From the NCBI RefSeq assembly GCF_964204645.1, contig NC_134025.1, positions 24,904,299 through 24,968,298 of the forward strand: DNA of 64,000 nt. The letters run 5' to 3'. Origin of the DNA: Tubulanus polymorphus (taxonomy: Eukaryota > Animalia > Nemertea). Below are positions 12,842 to 24,633 of this stretch, in pieces. Position 1 is the stretch's first letter, and every line of letters starts with the position of its first letter. The position numbers were made by a program, and so were the translations under genes. The notes below the pieces were generated by a model. It saw only the letters and a list, made by a program, of their open reading frames with translations, ran no database searches and had not been told where the DNA came from.

Positions 12842-15800
12842 ATGGGAAAGAAACATCACCCCGGTCGAGCAAATCGAATCACTGCGAACACAAAAGCATT
12901 GTCTACTCACGTGCAGCTTTTGTTAGAAAGTAAGTTCGACAAAAAAGTTTAGTTTCTCTCCTGAAAGTAGGTTCACTCACTCATGACTCACAATGTGTCT
13001 CTGCAGACGGTCTGAAATCTTCGATCCTCGCTGGTCTGTACTTTTTTCACACCTATTCCTGCCAACCCAGTCGTTTCCTCAGTTTATCATTTAATTCTAG
13101 AATGCAGCAACCCTCTTAATAATGGGTCAAATGACTGGAATGATCATCTTGAAATTAGAGACATCATTGAAAAAATCAGGAAATTACAAGAAGGTAAAAT
13201 TTGTCATTTATAGCTTTATATAGGAAGGTAGTCGGTAACCTGTCTGTGGTTTAGTTTCACGATTGGATATTTTCACAAACCATAAGCCCATCTGATTATA
13301 AAAAGCTTACCACCAACGATGTAGGTAACTAACTAATAGGAAGGGGGCTAGAGTCTTCAACTTCGTACTAATTTGCGGAGCGTTTTAAAGTGGATTTCTT
13401 TTCAAGGTAAAGCGCTTATTCAAGAATCTAGGGAGGAAAGCCTTAAAGAATTTCTGTCATGGTGTGAAAACAATTTCAACACGGAAGCTGTGTCCATAGC
13501 TGAATTTGATCTGGAGGGGTATGGCTTGAAAGCAACCAGAGATATAAAGGTCAGTTTAAAAAAAGGATTGTAAATGGCGCCTCATTGAGTGAAGCTGTCT
13601 TTCCGCTATTCGTCTCAAATATAACTTAATAATTTTGATTTATTGATTATTGATAATTCTAGAGTGCAGAGTTGTTTCTTGAAATTCCTCGTAAAATGAT
13701 GATTACTTCCGACTCAGCCAAAGCATCTGTTCTCGGTAAATAATAAGCATATAAAACAGAATTTCAAAATAGTTACAATGAATTAAAAAAATGGTTTTAA
13801 GGAGCTTTTTTGTTATTTCTAGGTCAGCTGATATCACAAGATAAAATACTGCAGATTATGCCCAATGTCGCATTAGCTCTTCATTTGTTATGCGAAAGGA
13901 ACTTAAAGAATTCATTCTGGAGAAATTATATCAGTATCCTTTTGTTTATCAGAACTTTACAATACTCTTTAGATAGCGTTTCATTGAATTTTATGGAATT
14001 TTAGATATCTTTAACTCCATTTCATCAGATATATTACCCGAAGAATATACGACCCCTTTATATTTCTCATTAGAAGATCTTGTTTTGCTCAAAGGATCCC
14101 CTACTCTTAGTAAGTAGTTAACCCGGACTTATGATCTTGAATATTGCTGAATTGTTAGTTGATAGTCCTCATAAAAAAATTAAATCAGAGGCTATAAGAA
14201 ATGATACCTTGTTTCTCCTAATCGGCCGGGTCACTTTTGTTAATTGCAATATAATTTGTGATCAGTCAATTTCTATAGCTGCCGGGTCTGTTATAGTTAG
14301 CTTGATCATGATTTTTGAAAAAGTAATGTACAAAGTTAGGTAGATAGGCTGCCAGGTCGGTCTTAGCTCAACAGAAAGGATAAACAAGGTACATGTTGTA
14401 TCAAATTTTCTGAAATTTTTCTTATATTTATCAGGTGAATGCCTTGCTCAATATCGGAATATTGCCAGACAATATGCATATTTTTACCAGGTTTTTCAGG
14501 TAGGCACTGATATTCATTCAGAAATATCTCTTCATTGATGTTAGCTTTTCTTATTTTTAGTTCATTACTTTCATTAGTGACATTATGTTGCCCGTTATTT
14601 TGCAGCCATTTTATAATTAGTTCATGGTGAGTGCGAAAGCGAAACATGAATCCTTAAAAATTAATCTTAACATATTTGGCAGCACTTCGTTTCTGATTTT
14701 TAATTCAATCAAATTGAAATGATTATATACTATTCAACATACAAGATCGTTGATATCACTACACTTGTGGTCAAAAAAGGACTCACAATTTTCAAAAACG
14801 TACCGTAGTAAGAATTCTGTTTGATTTTAATGGTAAGTAGGTACCTGTCATGACAACAAATGAATTTAGTGTGTTGAAAACCAAGTACATGCCATTACAA
14901 CCTTGTCATAATTTGATTTGATTTTTTATTCTAACTTAATTTGATACTTAACTGTGCACTGTACATTGTACACTTGTGGTTTGTAATGTTTTACTACTGG
15001 TGATGGTTGAGTAATGGATCTATTTTGAGTTTTCTTATCTGAGTCATTTTTCTCTCTCTCTCTCGCTCTATGTCTTACTCAGTAGTGGTGTTAAGCCTCT
15101 ATCTCTGAAGTTAATTTTTTGTCTCTTCTCAATGGTGCTCTGTCAGTCTTATCTGCTGTGGTTACTTCGCAAAAGGTTAATGATTTCAGTTCAAACAAAT
15201 TATTTCAATTATCATTCTGATAGATTTATTTCAAAAACTTGACATGCATATGGTTTATCCATTTTGTTATAACTACTACGCCGATATGTTTTTCTTCTAA
15301 AAAGATATTCCCTTGACTCATTGATATTCCTTTATGTAGCATTAGATATCTCTGACTAACTGTCCACATTAACATTTGGTTACAACACTATCTTATTGTA
15401 GTAGTTATTTACCCTTGTGGTAGTCTGTAAGTAATGATAAGTTGTATGTCTTTTAAGAATCACCCAAGTGCCAAAGATCTCCCTCTTCGAAAACAGTTCT
15501 GTTATGATGATTACAGGTAAGTGGTCACCTTACAGTTACTGCAGTAAGAATTCTCAACATGGATTTCTCCAAGTTTTCATGCCTTGATCATCTAATTCAA
15601 GACTATCATTTTTGTTGATTATTAGTCTTTTAACATATTTAGTATACATGTATATAAGTAGTGTACTAATAATAATTGCTATGATAAAAACACTGATGCT
15701 TGATGTGGCTATTATCATTTCTTTACTGCTTATGAACTGATTTCGTGGATTTGAACTTGTAACATTATTTGTTGTTGAAAAGTTAGAATGAACTGTTATA

Positions 15801-18433
15801 TTGTTCTCCCATATTTCAACATTTTCAGTTATCTTGATTGAACTTATATTGTAAGTTGGATAAAGATATCGGTAATTGCTCCACTTTTTATTATCATAAC
15901 CAATGTTGGTTTTATCCAAAAGTTCATCATTGGAATTATTCCTCTGGCTGGATATTTCCATAATTTCAATTTCCTTGGGTGCTGTAAAATTTGTCCATTC
16001 CCTCGACAATGCACTCCTATTTTGGAAACTTGTGTTTTTATCAGATTCTTTTTCACTATTTCCAATTCTCAGCAGTTGAATGTATGAAGTTTGCTTCTTC
16101 TGCTGAAATATTCGAGTTACATGGTGCTTTTCATGTCTGTATTTCGATTCGTCTGAATCAACTTCATAAAAAACCATTTGTTTTTCCTGATTTTCAACTT
16201 TTCTCACATCCTCACTGGAATCTGCTGTTTGAGACAAAACATTTCCATATTTCCAAATGTCGCTTATGTCTATTTCAAAATGTTCTATTTCAGCAAATAC
16301 CATTCTACTACCAAATCTTGCCGCATTTGTTTGATATTCTATAATCGCTAATAATATCCACCAAATTTCATTCCCCTTGTAATTCATTTTCCTGGAAAGA
16401 ATTGTTAGACTGAATCATTCGGCATTAACATTTCTGATTAATCAATTACTTCCGCCCCTTATTTAACTTACTTTCTTTGATCAGTAGAAATGCTTGCTGC
16501 CTCATGACTGATAACATATCCATCTGATTGCATGATCTAGATGTTTTGAAAATTTTTTCATAGAAAAATGTAACTGCGCAGATTTTGTTGTTTACTACGA
16601 CAGAAAGTTATGTAATGAATTTGACTTACGATGTCGGGTAGATGGGTAAATATTAGCCGGACAAATTCAAAGTGCTGGAACACCTACTAGCCCTGTAGGT
16701 GATCGATATTGTGTCAGACAGTGTAATTGCTTGATTTCCTGTCTAGAAATGTTTCTTTTTTATCAGAAATGTTAAAGTTGATGTTTGTTTGGGTTGATAC
16801 TGGCTAGTCTGATACAGAGGCATATAATATAATCAACCAATCATTTGATCTGGTCTGAAAGCTGGACATTTTCATTTGTGGACCATTCATCAGTTAATAA
16901 TAGATCTGGATTCAAACCAAGGACACCAGTAACTTAACTGGTTTCAGTTAAAAATCTTACATCTTCAAAAACCACTTATCTTATATCAAAAGCTTGTGCG
17001 TGTCTAACAATTAGTTTCCTATGTGTTGATGTATGATTTTTGTGCTACATTTCTTAGGTGGGCTGTTTCAACTGTGATGACAAGACAGAATCAAATCCCT
17101 TCTAAAGATGGCAGCCATTTGATCAGTGCTCTCATACCACTGTGGGATATGAGTAATCATTGTCACGGTGAGGTAGGTATTAGGTTGATAAAAACAAGGT
17201 CATTTGCTTCTCAGCGTACTGATATTAAGTTTTAAACCGGACCGTGTAGTTTCCTAGCTTAAATAGACTGGTCATTTATATTTGTGTTAAAATGAAGTCT
17301 TTTCCTTTCTTTGATTTTCTTCAGATCACTACTGATTACAGCCTGGAAAAAGATTGCAGTGAATGCTATGCCTTACAAGATTTCAAATTGGATGAACAAA
17401 TCTATATCTTCTACGGTGCTAGATCTAATAGTGAACTACTTATTCATAGTGGATTTGTGTATGAAGACAATCTGTATGACAAATTATCTATAAAATTAGG
17501 TAATTTTGAAAGTTGTTACATTAACAGGTGTAATTAAAACTTATCGGTGGACTATTCACAATGTGCTTCAATTTCTTTATAGGTATAAGCAAAAATGATG
17601 CATTGTATAAAAAGAAAACTGAATTATTGATGAAGTGTGATGTCCCTCAGTAAGTTCCATCATGCAACTTTTTATGAGTCCCAAAAGTTAATTCAATGGC
17701 ATTCATTGCCTACCAACCCAAATTCATCTTTTTGAAGCTAGCCTTTTTGGCAATTGTCGATGAACTAGCCATTAGATTAGTTTGTGAAACCGAGCCTAGG
17801 TTTACAGTCTAAATTATTTCAGGTCGAAATCTTTCTGTCTACAAAATGGCCCTAACCCTGTGGGAATAGATTTATTGGTGTTTTTGCGAGTTTTCTCTAT
17901 GGATGAAGGTACACCTCGCTAACATTCTCTGAATGCATATTTTGTTATGAATCATATTTTGTTTGAAATTTTGTACTTCATGTATATCCCTAGCAACATT
18001 GTCTTCATATCTTGGTGATGGTACTGAAATTCATGATTTCCTTGAGAAATTGAAAAACCCTCATTCAAATCTTTCAAAAGAGAATGAAATGAAAGCTTGG
18101 TCATATCTCGAAACTCGAGCAGCACTTCTCATGAAATCATATCCTTCATCTGTTCAGGTAGGTTTTGAATATATTCAGAATAAGATTAAGAACAACTGAT
18201 TCTATTAAGACGATATTTGTCAGACTGAATTAAAAATTAAAGCATGTTTTACTTTAAAGGAGGATGAACAGAATTTATCTAGTCCTGATCTATCACCGTC
18301 TGGTCGATCAGCCATTCAGTTGACCCTTTGTGAAAGGCAGATTCTGAAGAAAACGATTAATTTTGCCGCTCAACAAAAGCTGATATTAGCAGAAGTAATT
18401 CCTGGTGTTGAAGTTTGTGGTGGGGGTGATTGA
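12842..18433 (+). CDS. SETD3: Actin-histidine N-methyltransferase SETD3, multi-exon; possible extension to 18743
   Basis: Exons give EGYGLKATRDIK, DKILQIMPNVALALHLLCE, YTTPLYF, QYRNIARQYAYFY, LPLRKQFCYDDYR (15458-15516), RWAVSTVMTRQNQIP, ALIPLWDMSNH, EQIYIFYGARSNSELLIHSGF, LLVFLRVFSM, NEMKAWSYLETRAALL; first in-frame stop TGA at 18431-18433. Confidence 0.95.
13230..13337 (+). repeat. Dispersed ~105-bp repeat, copy 1
   Basis: Shares TGTCTGYGGTTTAGTTT..ATTTTCACAAA..GATTATAAAAGCTTACCACCAACGAT..TAGGTAACTAACTAAT with 50563-50662. Confidence 0.8.
15554..16387 (-). CDS. Uncharacterised 277-aa putative type I membrane glycoprotein nested antisense in a SETD3 intron
   Basis: 834-nt uninterrupted ORF in very AT-rich DNA; hydrophobic N-terminus (IWWILLAII), 8 N-x-S/T sequons before one TM segment (IIATSSISVFIIAIIISTLLIYMY), basic stop-transfer KYVKR; acceptor TTTCCAG just upstream of the ATG. 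Confidence 0.65.
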   Translation of the reverse strand: MNYKGNEIWWILLAIIEYQTNAARFGSRMVFAEIEHFEIDISDIWKYGNVLSQTADSSEDVRKVENQEKQMVFYEVDSDESKYRHEKHHVTRIFQQKKQTSYIQLLRIGNSEKESDKNTSFQNRSALSREWTNFTAPKEIEIMEISSQRNNSNDELLDKTNIGYDNKKWSNYRYLYPTYNISSIKITENVEIWENNITVHSNFSTTNNVTSSNPRNQFISSKEMIIATSSISVFIIAIIISTLLIYMYTKYVKRLIINKNDSLELDDQGMKTWRNPC

Positions 18434-19272
18434 CTAGATGATAGTTCTGATGAAGAAGAATCAAATTCTTCTTCAATTGTAAGTTATCATTACCTAATAT
18501 TGAATAATATTTCAATGACAATGGTTTATGGTTTTATTTCATATTTTTCAGATCACAGAAGAATCTGCACATATCGATGCACAAACTGATGTATCAGTGG
18601 ACAAAGATAACGGTCCTGAACAGTCAGTCAGTAGAGCTTATACTGATCCAATTAACTATGATCGAACCTGCATGCAGAAACTATTAGCTAAGGGAGGACA
18701 GTCTTTACAAGCTATCGATCTAACAGAATGTTGTGTGATGTGATGTTGATTTGTACTTTATCTGTATCTGTGAAAAAGTTAAATCAAAATATGTACTATA
18801 TCGGTCTATTTCTAGAGTTCAATCAAAATTCATATCTGATCTGTGTCTGTTGTAGTTGTTGAATCAAAATTTGTACTTATCGATAAGGAAAAAAATGTGA
18901 ATCTATTTTTCATCTTTATCATTTTGTATAGTCTAGTGTTGTCATGGTACATAATCCAGTATTACACAATTTGTTCCAGCCGACATGACTAATAACTTGC
19001 CATTCAATAGTGAAAAGCAAGATTGAAATTGTTAAATTTTTCTAAAAGAATTTCTACAGTCTAAAGTTGAAATGACCCATGACACAGGTTCCGATGTACT
19101 TCAGGATGCGGTTGGACCCTTCCGGGTAGTACAGTCTCTTTTATACATGGTGCTTGATAAAACTCAAATTAATAGGGTATATGAAGGGTATTATGACTTA
19201 ATGTTTGAGATTTTGTAAATATGTTCCTGTTAAATCTTATCACGTATTTGATAAAACCTGTTGACATGGAAA

Positions 19273-19424
19273 AGTAGAACTCACTTAATTCAGATAACTA
19301 GGGACTGCCCAGATTTCTTTGAATTAAGTAAAATCCGAATTATCAATAATTTACATGGTTCCAGGTTAAAAATTATTTCATCCGGAATAAAAATCTGGAG
19401 TAAAAAATTAAGTGAGTTCTACCG
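19273..19424. mobile_element. MITE-like element
   Basis: Terminal inverted repeat GTAGAACTCACTTAATT / AATTAAGTGAGTTCTAC. Confidence 0.6.
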
Positions 19425-20621
19425 TAGTACTATTATTTGAATGCAATACATGATAACCTACTACTGAGTAGATATTTTGTAGTTCAAATCAGGTGGTGAA
19501 ATGTTTCATTCGATTCATAAAATGTCCTATTTATCTCAAATTAAATGATTCTCATTTTATTTTATGTTTTCTTATTTTCTAATTATTGGACATATTGATA
19601 TTGTATTTATCCAGGTTTTTACTTACCGGGTATTTTATAGGTAAGAAGTTGTACATTTATTGCAGAAATTTTTAATGGATTGTTGTTGCTTATATCATTT
19701 ACTACTAGTTGTTTTTGCTAAAGTTGCATGCTTTTAGAAATATTAAAAGTTTGTTCGATAACTTTTTGTATTTGTATCAATTCAATGTCTATGCGTAGTA
19801 TTCTACTTGTTTGCAGTCTTGGCAAATAAATTCAGAAATCAAATAAATGATTTGATCCAAAGAAATGAATTTTGTAATGTTTTTTCTAGTATTCCTGATG
19901 AGAAAACATCTACTTAAGCTTCTTGTATCTATTCAAGTCATGAATCGGATCTACCGCGCAGCATTGATGCTGTTACTTAAGTTCGAGCCCCAGTAATGTA
20001 GACTAACGATTTTCGGGAGATTTGGATATTCTCGGAGCTACCCATTACTTATTTTCGGTGGTAACGAATACGACTAAACCCTAGATTAGATTCAAGGACG
20101 CCGACCGCTGTCAAAGTAACGTTTTGGACTGATCAATTATTCAATTGATTAAGAACATTAATGACACCAGGAGTATTTCTTCTGACTGCATTATTTATAT
20201 TTCCTAGTTTCTTATACGTGGTGGCTGTTAACTGAGGTAAAAACTTATTTTTGTGACCCCATTGTAGGCCACAAAAATGAAAGTAGTCCGGGGACCGGGG
20301 TCTGATTCTTTTACTTTTCTAATTTTGGGCATATTGTTTTCCTGTTTGCTTTCCTATCCACTTTGATGAAAACATGTATAACCTAAACCTATAGCCTTAG
20401 TATCACAGGGCTCGTATCAGAGCTGTAGGTACTGTAAAAATGATTATTAATGGATTAACAGATTATCGTTTTTACAGTGTAGTTTACCTACAAAACTCTT
20501 GATGAACCCCCGTGCTTAATATCAAAAATACATAAAGACGTTATGTATTTTTGTAAATATTGATAAATTCCATCACTGCTTTTCGATTATTTTTTTCAGA
20601 TCATGATTATGTACTGCTAAT

Positions 20622-21615
20622 ATGAAGAAGTGTCAAACTCATTCAAATAATGGAAATGTATTGCATGGCTTACAACAAGAATCTGATAAATATGAATATC
20701 ATATCGATGGTTTAATATTGGAAACTAAACATCATGCAATTGATAGTTGTTCAGAGTTCCTAGTCAGGAGAGCAAATGCTGAACATAGATGGTATTGCAT
20801 ATTGACTCTATTCGTGTTATCAGTGGCAGTTGTCAAGTATTACTGCTTACTTCAGGTACCATGGGTCTAGATTTAAATGTCAGGTGATGCTACAATTTCA
20901 TCAAATGAGATACAATTTAGACTTACTTTATTATCTTTTCTGCAGGATCTGATTTTCTACTGTATGCCTGCTATTCTGGCGATTACATGGCTTGCGTTTC
21001 AACACACCGCCGGTAAATAATGCTCATACCTCACGAGATATCTCAAGGGATTTTTTGGAAGTTCAGGATTTTTCAAATTATGTTTTTTTCAGAATCGATA
21101 CTTGTGATAAGATCTGTTGGTGTCCAACTGACAACATGGAGATTCTTTTATCAAAAACAGACAATTTATATCCCTATACATCGAATAAAGGACATTGTTA
21201 TAACTGAAGTGATAACTATGGTAAGTTTACTGAAATTTCCCTCAGGACGCGGTATTATGATGAGTTGAAACCTTCATCCTAAATCTAGGTCTTCTCTTGA
21301 TGAAAGATGGATAGAATGTGCTTGGTGAAAAGTGAAGAAAAAAACTATTCATAATCACTTTATTCAATTTCTATTCTTAGCATCAAATAAAATATTTTCT
21401 CGTGATGATATATAAAGATGAGGAAGAAATATTTCAAATTAAACCTCTATGTACGGTAAGCAACTGCAAAAAGAACTTATGGGCATATAATTTTTATGGG
21501 TCACAGTAATTTTGATTGTACAAAGTGTACTATTTTGTTCATTTTTCAGACATTTAAACCACGGTTAGAAGCTTTGAAGATTATTTACCAAGGAATTCAA
21601 TCTGTTCTCAGATGA
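20622..21615 (+). CDS. PIGH: GPI-GlcNAc transferase subunit H, 5 coding exons
   Basis: Two TM segments then ESILVIRSVGVQLTT..IPIHRIKDIVITEVITM, HQIKYFLVMIYK, FKPRLEALKIIYQGIQSVLR*; matches recalled PIG-H family motifs. Confidence 0.88.
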
Positions 21616-21940
21616 CAAATGCTTTTCCTAAGTAATTCTTTGTCTCTATAGATCTTTTGTACCATATTTTTATTTATGCTTGATCCACAATGAATCAATA
21701 AATATATCTATATATAATTTATTAAATCCTTGTAATTCTCTTTTCTTGCACGTCTTGTCTCAGCAATAGTCACTTCTTCTGGGGACCTGAAAATCTATTT
21801 TTGATGTGCGTATTGATAAGAATGTACAGTACATGTACCTGTATAACTAGTCTACTCCATAAGGAAAATCCTCATACGCCGACTCCCAACAAATCTATCA
21901 GTGTGTCCGTAGGTAATTGAGAAATCATGTTACAATATAT

Positions 21941-22070
21941 TAGTGGAACCTCGTTATGGTGAACTCGGATACGACGATTATCAGATGGAACAAATGCCAA
22001 ATAAGAGAATTTAATTGATTCCATACTGGATATAACAAACTATCAGGTTCGCTGTTACAAGGTTCCACTG
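21941..22070. mobile_element. MITE (family B), copy 1
   Basis: AGTGGAACCTCGTTA ... TTACAAGGTTCCACTG|TA; homologous to 28209-28383 (shared ATACGACGATT and TTCGCTGT..CAAGGTTCCACT). Confidence 0.7.
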
Positions 22071-22823
22071 TAGATGGTTTATAGTCCTAAAGAATGTTCT
22101 CATCCATGCTACTTCGAGGGTAACCGATTGTAAGTTGATAAGAACTAGAGATCTGTCCAAATAGGACCCATCAGCCATCAATTTCTCATAAGAAACAACA
22201 ACTAGACAGGACATGAAATGAAAATAACTGAAAAATCTTTTATTTGAGAATTTCTTATTCTTTTCTAACATAATTACATCGGAAAGAAGATGAAACGAAA
22301 ATATTCAAGGACTGACTACCACAGCTTTTTAGTTTTTTTTTTTACGGATGAATCAAAAAGTCAGAAACCTTATTTACATCATAATACATGTACCGGGGTA
22401 TACTTAACTAAATCTAGAAATTCATTGTTGAAGACGATGCATAATTAACAAATGAGACACAATTTTTCATTAGCACATTTACAAAGAAATGTTTAACACA
22501 TTGTGGAATACCATTTTTTACCAATCATATATACATATCAATTGCGATTATTTTTCCAAGCTGTGAATCATTCTGATAATAATGTAGTGTGATACTATGA
22601 TCTATAATCAATGAACAAAAATATATCCCATCATATTCAAGCAGCTTCCATTGGCAAGAACTGTCAGTACAGCACAAAATAATCACACATTTCATAAACT
22701 GTATAATTTGTCTAAAACAATGCCATCTTTTTAATCTGTCCCCAATTTTCGCGAGTGATATCAAATTCTTCCTTTAAAAGGATAGAGCATAGTAAAATCT
22801 TTATTTCAAAAAGGGCTAGAATT

Positions 22824-23984
22824 TTAATCGACATCTTCAGAAGACGGAGGTGGTGGTTTCGGTTTAGTTTGATCAGCACCAACCCCACCAGAAAATCCCA
22901 TCTTCTCTGCTAATTTTGTCAGAACATTCATGATCTTTGGGTTGGATTGATATTTTGCCATGTTTGCTGGATTTTGGCTAACATCCTGGAATGCGGCGGC
23001 GATTTCTTGGTCATTGAATGCCTCCATCAATTCTGGATCGCTAAAAAGTTTTGTGAAATCCATTCCACCTGGCATTCCACCCATACCGGCCATACCTGGC
23101 ATTCCACCCATACCACCTGGCATTCCACCCATACCACCTGGCATTCCACCCATACCAGGAAAACCGTGAGGCATACCATCACCAGAACTGTGGCGGGTCT
23201 CCTCTCGATCTTTTTCTTCTCGGGCGCGTCTGATGCGTTCTCTTTTTTCTTTATCTTCTTTGTCTTTCTTCTTCATTTCTCGTCTGTGTTTGTGGTCTTT
23301 GATTTTAATCGAATTCGGCTGCACTTCTTTCAACCAAGCGATCGCTTCTTCATCGCAGTCGAGTCTATTAGCGATGCACAGATCATCGGCTGCACGCTCC
23401 CATTCTCCTTTCAGACGATACGCTCGGCCTCGCCACTTGTACGCCATGAACGAATCGCTGTTGATTTCGATAGCTCTATCGCAGTCTCTAATCGCCGCGC
23501 TCGGTTTGTTCAAGCGGACGTACATACTAGCGCGCTTAGCGAATAACGGCGCGCTATGAGGGTCCAATTCAATCGCTTCGGTTAAACATTTAATAGCTTC
23601 CTCGATGTTATTATCAGCCATGAAGACTTGCGCTTCTGATCTTTTTTCCATAGCTTGAGAGTGCTCTTCCTCGGTAGCCATCTTGCTGTCATCACCCATC
23701 GGTTGGATCACATCCTGTTCGTCGTCGATGACGCCTTCATTGTCGACATCGATGTCGCTCTCTTCACTTTCTACTGAAACATGCTCTGGTTCGGGTTCTG
23801 GAGCTTTCGTCTGGTGACTTTCCCAAGCAGTTTTCTTTGCAGCAGTGGGAATGGTTGCGCCAAGACTTTCCACGTAGTCTTTGAAGAAGGAAAGTTCTGG
23901 CTTGTGCAGAATATCAGGGTTTAGCCGACACATCTCGATGAACATCTTCAGTTCTTCAAGTTCTTTTACTCCAATACCGGCCAT
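22824..23984 (-). CDS. ST13: Hsc70-interacting protein (Hip), single-exon CDS
   Basis: 386-aa ORF: N-terminal dimerisation domain (LHKPELSFFKDYVESLGATIP), TPR repeats (AKRASMYVRLNKPSAAIRDCDRAIEIN), charged region, GGMP repeats, STI1/DP domain (AAFQDVSQNPANMAKYQSNPK). Confidence 0.97.
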   Translation of the reverse strand: MAGIGVKELEELKMFIEMCRLNPDILHKPELSFFKDYVESLGATIPTAAKKTAWESHQTKAPEPEPEHVSVESEESDIDVDNEGVIDDEQDVIQPMGDDSKMATEEEHSQAMEKRSEAQVFMADNNIEEAIKCLTEAIELDPHSAPLFAKRASMYVRLNKPSAAIRDCDRAIEINSDSFMAYKWRGRAYRLKGEWERAADDLCIANRLDCDEEAIAWLKEVQPNSIKIKDHKHRREMKKKDKEDKEKRERIRRAREEKDREETRHSSGDGMPHGFPGMGGMPGGMGGMPGGMGGMPGMAGMGGMPGGMDFTKLFSDPELMEAFNDQEIAAAFQDVSQNPANMAKYQSNPKIMNVLTKLAEKMGFSGGVGADQTKPKPPPPSSEDVD

Positions 23985-24316
23985 TTTTCCAGATCTAAAA
24001 AATGCAAAAAATTTCGCACGTTTAATTAAACAGTGTCTAAAAACATCAAAAATTATTACAGCTACATTAACAAATTATCACTGTCCAATTACGAATTTAT
24101 TTTGTACGTTTTGTGCACCATCTATCGGGCATTCACATGATTCTAATCATTGTTAAATACGCAAAAAATATGTTGCATAGTATGTGCATTTTCGGGAATT
24201 ACTTACATAAATGTGGTATTACCGTGCGTTACGAGTGAAAAACGGCTTTAGAAATGAGAATCTGCAGCAATGGGTGAATCGACACGCGAAAAACGAACCC
24301 GCTGTAACGATTCTTA

Positions 24317-24331
24317 ATTCTGGAAGGTTCC
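24317..24331. promoter_or_regulatory. Heat-shock element in the ST13/AFG1L divergent promoter
   Basis: aTTCtgGAAggTTCc is a three-unit nTTCnnGAAnnTTCn HSE, upstream of an Hsp70 co-chaperone gene. Confidence 0.65.
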
Positions 24332-24633
24332 AACCGACACGTAATTTTCAAGGTTGTTTTTGATTGACCTTATCATCCAATTTCTGAATGAATAATTACA
24401 AATATAATATCTTCAAGTATCTAAAATAGCGAATTGCCGTAGAACCCTAAAATGAAATTCGACATGTTTAGCAAAACACATTTTAGCCTGGCCGAAAATT
24501 TCAGGGGTGGAAATTGCACTTCGTAACCGAAAACGAGAAAAAAAATATTGTGGGGACGCAATAATGGTTGTCATGAAGGTTGTTGAAAGTTAGGACCCCA
24601 ACCGATCCAAGCCATTTAATCCATAATTAGCCA

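Noticed and set aside
18983-19030. Possible SECIS in the SETD3 3' UTR (ATGA...hairpin...GA)
   Set aside because: The unpaired A-run is on the wrong side of the loop and the stem is irregular, so it is not a canonical SECIS by eye.
22947-23559. + strand ORFs of 199, 69 and 108 aa, two with HSTHTTW or IPPGIPP repeats
   Set aside because: Antisense shadows of the ST13 CDS and its GGMP repeats.
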